DNA of 64,000 bases. Source: Minisyncoccia bacterium. GTDB taxonomy: Bacteria > Patescibacteriota > Minisyncoccia > UBA6257 > 2-01-FULL-56-20. Positions within the stretch are counted from its first letter, which is position 1; each line of letters opens with the position of its first letter. Location of the stretch: contig JBEKRC010000001.1 of the NCBI GenBank assembly GCA_049997875.1, positions 108,609 to 172,608 on the forward strand. The letters run 5' to 3'. Positions 59,152 to 64,000 of this stretch are shown piece after piece. A program made the position numbers and the translations under genes. The notes below the pieces were generated by a model. That model saw only the letters and a program-made list of their open reading frames with translations, did not search any database and was not told where the DNA came from.

Positions 59152-60507
59152 ATGTATAATAGAAAAGACTTGGACAAAGGGCTTTCAAAACTCAAAAGCA
59201 TCATAGCGCGGCAGGAGTTCCAGGTAGTTTGGATTTTGTTCGCGGTCGTCGCCGCGGCGTTCGTGCTTGATGTTGTTACCATGCCGAGCGGCTTTTTTGT
59301 GTACATGAAAGGCGGGTTGTTGCTTGTGGTCCTTACGCTCGCGGGCGCCACGGCGTACCAGGCGGCATCGGTCAGCCGGGACGCGGAAGTTGAGCGGGGC
59401 GAGCTTAAAAGCATGCTCGCAAGCATAGACGATGCCCTCATAGTTTATGACAAGGGCTTCAGGGTGAATTTTTTCAACCCGGCCGCCGAGCGCCTTTTTG
59501 AAATTCCCGCAGGCACCATCTTAGGGCACGTGCTTACGCCGCAGGACGTTGAGCGGCCCGCGTGGCGCACGTTTGTTCAGATTGTCTTTCCTTCACTCGC
59601 CCCGCGCGTCGTCGTGCGTTCGGCCGAGGGGGAGTATCCGCAGGTGGTTGATGTGTCGTTTGCGAATCCGCAGCTTGAGTTCCGCGTGACGACGGCGCCG
59701 ATCAACGGCGAGAACGGGCTGCCGTTCGGGTTTATGAAAATTGTCCGCGACCGCACCGCGCAAACTGCGGTCATGCGCTCGCAGGGCGAGTTTGTGACGG
59801 TTGCGTCCCATCAGCTCCGCGGCCCCGTCACCGACATCAATTGGGCGCTCCAATCCCTTGTCCATGCGACGGAACTTACCGAGACCAATAAGCTTATTGT
59901 GGACAACGCCCTTGCTGCGAGCCAAGGGCTCTTGCGCAGAATAGAAAACCTGCTCAACATCGCAAAGATGGAGGGAGGGCGGTTCGGCTATACGTTTCGC
60001 GAGGCGGACATTGCGGAGTTCCTCGGAAAAATTTTGGCGGATGTTTTGCCTGCTGCCCGGAAGGCAGGCGTGAAGCTGTATTTTGATCGTCCGTCGGGGA
60101 GCTTGCCCCGCGTCATGGTAGATGAGGAGCACCTTTCGCTCGCTATCGTGAACATTTTGGAAAATGCCATCCGGTACAACGTGGAAAATGGCGAGGTGAC
60201 TATAAAGGTGGATGCCATACCCGGCAGGCCGTTCCTTGAGGTTAGCGTGAAGGATACCGGCATCGGTATTCCTCCCGAGGCGGTGGGGAAGCTGTTCACC
60301 AAGTTCTATCGGGCGGACAATGCCGTAAAATTGCAAACGGAGGGATCCGGCCTCGGCCTTTGTATCACAAAGAGCATCGTGATGGCGCACGGCGGCGAAA
60401 TTTGGGTTGAATCGGAGCTCAACCGCGGCACGACGGTGCGTTTTACGCTGCCCACCGACCCGAGTTTGGTACCCCAGCACGAGGCGGGCATGGAAGAATT
60501 TTCCTGA
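59152..60507 (+). CDS. membrane PAS-domain sensor histidine kinase
   Basis: 2 TM, PAS (FFNPAAE), SHQLRGP, NAIRYN, DTGIG, GSGLGL. Confidence 0.93.
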   Translation: MYNRKDLDKGLSKLKSIIARQEFQVVWILFAVVAAAFVLDVVTMPSGFFVYMKGGLLLVVLTLAGATAYQAASVSRDAEVERGELKSMLASIDDALIVYDKGFRVNFFNPAAERLFEIPAGTILGHVLTPQDVERPAWRTFVQIVFPSLAPRVVVRSAEGEYPQVVDVSFANPQLEFRVTTAPINGENGLPFGFMKIVRDRTAQTAVMRSQGEFVTVASHQLRGPVTDINWALQSLVHATELTETNKLIVDNALAASQGLLRRIENLLNIAKMEGGRFGYTFREADIAEFLGKILADVLPAARKAGVKLYFDRPSGSLPRVMVDEEHLSLAIVNILENAIRYNVENGEVTIKVDAIPGRPFLEVSVKDTGIGIPPEAVGKLFTKFYRADNAVKLQTEGSGLGLCITKSIVMAHGGEIWVESELNRGTTVRFTLPTDPSLVPQHEAGMEEFS

Positions 60508-60556
60508 CACCGCTCACACACTTGCGCGGCGGCTGGAAAGCGTGCACAATCAAGAC

Positions 60557-62209
60557 ATGAAGGACGCAAAATATATTTTTGTGGTAGGCGGCGTGATGTC
60601 GGGGGTTGGCAAGGGCGTCGCTTCGGCATCCATCGGAAAGATCTTGCAGTCGCGCGGCCTTGAGGTGACCTCCGTGAAGATTGACCCTTATGTGAACGTT
60701 GACGCAGGCACCATGAACCCCACCGAGCACGGTGAGGTTTTTGTTTTGGACGACGGCACCGAGTGCGACCAGGACATGGGGAATTATGAAAGATTCCTTA
60801 ACCGCGACTTGACAGGCGCGAGCTATATGACGACAGGGAGCGTGTACCAGGCAGTGATTAACCGCGAACGGAGCATGGGGTATGGAGGGAAGTGCGTGAG
60901 CGTGGTGCCCCACATCCCGCTTGAGGTGATCGATCGGATTGAGCGCGCCGGGCATCGCGCGAAGGCGGACCTGGTTATTGTTGAAGTGGGCGGCAGCGCC
61001 GGCGAGTACGAGAACATCCTTTTCCTTGAGGCCGTCCGGATGCTTCGGATAAAAAAGCCGAAGGACGTGCTCCTTGTCCTTGTGAGTTATCTGCCTATCA
61101 TGAACGACGAGAACGAGCTCAAAACGAAGCCTACCCAGCATGCCGTGCGTGCTTTGAACTCCGTAGGGTTGCAGCCGGACATCATCCTCGCGCGCGCAAA
61201 GTATCCGCTTGACGAAAAAAGAAAGGAGAAGATCGCATTCAATTGCAGCGTCCGCAAACAGGACGTTATTTCGGCGCCGGATGCCGCGAGCTTGTACGAC
61301 GTGCCGGTAAATTTTGAAAAAGATCACCTTGGCGACCTTGTCCTTGAGAAACTTGGGTTGCGGATGCGCAAAAGGGACCTTCATGAATGGCGGCGGCTCG
61401 CGGCGCGCATCCATAATGCAAAACAGGTCGTGAAGGTCGGCATTGTGGGAAAATATTTTTCAAGCGGGAAGTTCGTCCTCGCTGATTCGTATATTTCCGT
61501 CATTGAAGCAATCAAGCATTCCGCAGCACATTGGAAGGTGAAGCCGGTCATTGAATGGTTGGAGTCGGAGCAATTTGAGAAAGGGAAGCGGGCGCTCCAG
61601 AAGCTTGATGGATACGGCGGCATCATTGTCCCCGGCGGTTTCGGAAGGCGTGGCATTGAAGGAAAGCTCGCCGCCATCCGTTATTGCCGCGAGAACAAGA
61701 TCCCGTACCTTGGGCTCTGTTACGGCATGCAGCTTGCAGTTGTGGAATTCGCACGCGACGTTCTGAAGCTCCACGGCGCGAATACGACGGAGATTGATCC
61801 GCGCACGAAATATCCCGTGATTGATATTCTGCCGGAACAAAAGAGGCTTATGGAAGAAAAAAGGTACGGGGGTACGATGCGGCTCGGCGCGTATCCGGCG
61901 GTCCTCACAAAAGGCACGATCGCGGAGGCGGCCTACGGCCGGGCAAAGATCTCCGAGCGGCACCGCCACCGCTACGAAGTGAATCCCGTCTTTATCAAAC
62001 GGTTGGAACACAAAGGGATGGTGTTTTCGGGCCAGTCGCCCGACCGGCGCCTGATGGAGGTGATGGAGCTGCCTCGCGAGAAACATCCGTTCTTTATGGG
62101 CTCGCAATTCCATCCCGAACTCAAATCACGGCCGCTTGACCCGCATCCCTTATTCCGCGAGTTCATGAAGGCCGCCGCAAAACGAAGGATCAAAGAAGGA
62201 AAATCTTGA
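60557..62209 (+). CDS. pyrG: CTP synthase
   Basis: GGVMSGVGKG, KIDPY, KTKPTQ, CYGMQ, QFHPE. Confidence 0.98.
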   Translation: MKDAKYIFVVGGVMSGVGKGVASASIGKILQSRGLEVTSVKIDPYVNVDAGTMNPTEHGEVFVLDDGTECDQDMGNYERFLNRDLTGASYMTTGSVYQAVINRERSMGYGGKCVSVVPHIPLEVIDRIERAGHRAKADLVIVEVGGSAGEYENILFLEAVRMLRIKKPKDVLLVLVSYLPIMNDENELKTKPTQHAVRALNSVGLQPDIILARAKYPLDEKRKEKIAFNCSVRKQDVISAPDAASLYDVPVNFEKDHLGDLVLEKLGLRMRKRDLHEWRRLAARIHNAKQVVKVGIVGKYFSSGKFVLADSYISVIEAIKHSAAHWKVKPVIEWLESEQFEKGKRALQKLDGYGGIIVPGGFGRRGIEGKLAAIRYCRENKIPYLGLCYGMQLAVVEFARDVLKLHGANTTEIDPRTKYPVIDILPEQKRLMEEKRYGGTMRLGAYPAVLTKGTIAEAAYGRAKISERHRHRYEVNPVFIKRLEHKGMVFSGQSPDRRLMEVMELPREKHPFFMGSQFHPELKSRPLDPHPLFREFMKAAAKRRIKEGKS

Positions 62210-62222
62210 TTTGGCGCCGACC

Positions 62223-63020
62223 ATGATCATATTTCTCTACGGGCCCGACGACTATCGCCGGTTCCAAAAGAAAAAAGAGATCATTGCGGAGTTCAGGAAA
62301 AAACATTCCGCGCTCGGGCTCGGTTTTTTTGATCTTGCGGCGGACGGAGCCCTTGATGACCTTTCTGAATTCGTGCGGAGCCGATCCATCTTTGCGGATG
62401 CCAAGCTCGCCGTTTTGGAAAATGTTTTTGAACTTGGCGCGGACGCGGCCGAAACATTGCTGAAGCCGCTCGCCGCGGAGAAAAGCGTTACCGCCCTCGT
62501 TTCGGGAAAAGATAAGCCCGTAAAAGCATTCGCGTTTTTGCTCGCAAAGCCGTCGCTCGCGCAGAAATTTGAAAATCTTTCGGGGGCCGCGTGGCATACC
62601 TTCGTAAGGTCAGAAGCGGAGAAGATGGGCTTGAACATAAGCGACGCCGCCGCGGCGTTTCTCGGAACAATTTACGAAGGGAACTCGTGGGCGCTTGTCA
62701 CCGAACTTCAAAAACTGTGCGCTCTCAGAGCGCTTTCCCGGCGCGAGGCTATCATTGAGAAGAAGGACCTGGACGCGCTAGACCTTGAAGCCGCGCCGAA
62801 TTATTGGGCGCTCATAAATGGCATGAAGAGCTACGATGCGCGGACCCGCCTCTCGGCGCTTGAAAATTTGTTTGCCATGAATGATCCGCCGCCGAAGATA
62901 TTCAATATCCTTGCCGCGCAGGCCGGTGAAAAGATCCCGCGCATGGCGGCGTACGATCTGGCGGTAAAATCCGGGAAGCTGGACTACGAAGAGGCCCTTC
63001 TGGATTTAATCCTCGCTTAA
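62223..63020 (+). CDS. holA: DNA polymerase III delta subunit (shortened)
   Basis: MIIFLYGPD, ELQKL, DLAVKSG; near rpsT. Confidence 0.85.
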   Translation: MIIFLYGPDDYRRFQKKKEIIAEFRKKHSALGLGFFDLAADGALDDLSEFVRSRSIFADAKLAVLENVFELGADAAETLLKPLAAEKSVTALVSGKDKPVKAFAFLLAKPSLAQKFENLSGAAWHTFVRSEAEKMGLNISDAAAAFLGTIYEGNSWALVTELQKLCALRALSRREAIIEKKDLDALDLEAAPNYWALINGMKSYDARTRLSALENLFAMNDPPPKIFNILAAQAGEKIPRMAAYDLAVKSGKLDYEEALLDLILA

Positions 63021-63043
63021 TAAGAGGTTGCTAGGATTGGGGA

Positions 63044-63577
63044 ATGCCTCTTCCTCCCGCCGGAATTCCGGCTGAAATCGTTGAGCGCCGGATTTTACTC
63101 ATCCGTGGGCGTAAGGTTATGTTAGATCGCGATTTGGCCGAACTCTACGGAGTACCCACCTTCCGGCTCAATGAAGCAGTAAAACGCAATACGCGCCGTT
63201 TTCCAGAAGATTTTATGTTCCAGCTTGTGGAAGGGGAAGTTAAATCTTTGACATCGCAATTTGCGATGTCAAAGCCGGGCCGTGGCGGTCGTCGCACGCT
63301 GCCGTATGTTTTTACGGAGCAAGGGATAGCGATGCTTTCCTCCGTTTTAAATAGCGAGAGGGCAATTGCGGTAAATATCCTTATCATGCGTGTATTTGTG
63401 AAATTGCGAGAATTAATGGCGTCGCATCAGGAACTCGCGCGCAGGGTGGAGGAACTTGAACGAAAATATAGAGCGCACGGCGAGACGATTAACGATATTT
63501 TTAGAGCGATCAAAGATCTTCTCGCGCCACCAGAGGATAAAAAAGGCGAAAAACCGATGGGATTTTTGCCGGAATAG
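63044..63577 (+). CDS. ORF6N (KilA-N-related) DNA-binding domain protein
   Basis: IRGRKVMLDRDLAELYGV, AVKRN..RFPEDFMFQL, PYVFTEQGIAMLSSVLNS, PMGF tail. Confidence 0.93.
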   Translation: MPLPPAGIPAEIVERRILLIRGRKVMLDRDLAELYGVPTFRLNEAVKRNTRRFPEDFMFQLVEGEVKSLTSQFAMSKPGRGGRRTLPYVFTEQGIAMLSSVLNSERAIAVNILIMRVFVKLRELMASHQELARRVEELERKYRAHGETINDIFRAIKDLLAPPEDKKGEKPMGFLPE

Positions 63578-63588
63578 GACACAAGATC

Positions 63589-63653
63589 CAAGGTCGCGAT
63601 TTGCGACCTTGTTCGCCATTACAATTGGAAGTCACAATTTGTGATATCCAATT
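63589..63653. repeat. two palindromic copies of the ORF6N 'SQF' cassette
   Basis: CAAGGTCGCGATTTGCGACCTTG and AATTGGAAGTCACAATTTGTGATATCCAATT. Confidence 0.8.
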
Positions 63654-63654
63654 C

Positions 63655-63912
63655 CTACCGCGCGATCAATTTGGTGAGGCGGGATTTCAAACGGTCCGCC
63701 TTGTTTTTTTCAATTACCTTTGTCTTTGCCGCCTTATCAAGCGCCTTAAAGACCGCGGGCAGCATTTTTTGCGCCTCTTCAATTTTCTTCCCGAGGACCA
63801 GCTTTCGGTAGCCGGTCACCGCTTTCTTGTAATTTTCCTTTTTGATAACATTCCTCGCGCGCCGCGTCCGGTTCTGCCGCAGCGCCTTTTTTGCGGATGA
63901 TGTGATGGGCAT
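63655..63912 (-). CDS. rpsT: 30S ribosomal protein S20
   Basis: MPITSSAKKALRQ...ALDKAAK...NKADRLKSRL. Confidence 0.96.
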   Translation of the reverse strand: MPITSSAKKALRQNRTRRARNVIKKENYKKAVTGYRKLVLGKKIEEAQKMLPAVFKALDKAAKTKVIEKNKADRLKSRLTKLIAR

Positions 63913-63953
63913 TGGTGGTTAGTATAACGAGAAACCCAGATTTCACAAGGGGC

Positions 63954-63982
63954 TTGACAGATAATGATAGCTAGAGTATAAT
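63954..63982 (+). promoter_or_regulatory. consensus sigma70 promoter firing out of the window
   Basis: TTGACA-17 nt-TATAAT. Confidence 0.8.
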
Positions 63983-64000
63983 TTTGTTGTAGTTCTTTAA

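Noticed and set aside
1-64000. CRISPR array or cas genes
   Set aside because: No regularly spaced 25-40-nt repeats with unique spacers and no Cas motifs seen

Overview
This is a chromosomal window spanning the replication origin (jag-yidC-rnpA-rpmH / dnaA-oriC-dnaN). Gene content and style (shortened YebC/Jag/HolA, relaxase-free PrgI/VirB4/VirB6 cluster, KGF-type pilin-like genes, tRNAs without encoded CCA, -10 boxes abutting start codons) suggest a Patescibacteria/CPR, probably Parcubacteria-like, genome; this taxonomy is an inference. Standard code 11 fits. It contains a thymidylate/SAH cluster (dcd-CYTH-thyA, folA, adenosine kinase-ahcY), a pilin with an output-less Cache sensor, three tRNAs (His, Gly, rare Ile-UAU), ftsH, tyrS, clpP, hppA, nusA, yraN, a free-standing LAGLIDADG nuclease, comM, pcrA, rsmA, a 12-kb T4SS-like operon, PBP1a, ruvC/ruvB, PilB, tsaE, a 5'-3' exonuclease, a PAS histidine kinase, pyrG, holA, an ORF6N gene and rpsT. 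The strongest unexplained signals are: (1) an ORF6N gene whose 'SQF' motif is encoded by a perfect DNA palindrome, with variant copies of that cassette outside the gene; (2) a promoter-driven ~170-nt structured RNA candidate between pilB and ruvB; (3) a decayed HNH nuclease gene overlapping tRNA-His; (4) tRNA-Ile(UAU) packed with no spacing between two CDSs; (5) a CYTH enzyme at the dUTPase position of the dTMP pathway; (6) a phased CCGGCAA repeat array beside the LAGLIDADG gene. All calls come from reading the sequence; no searches were run.
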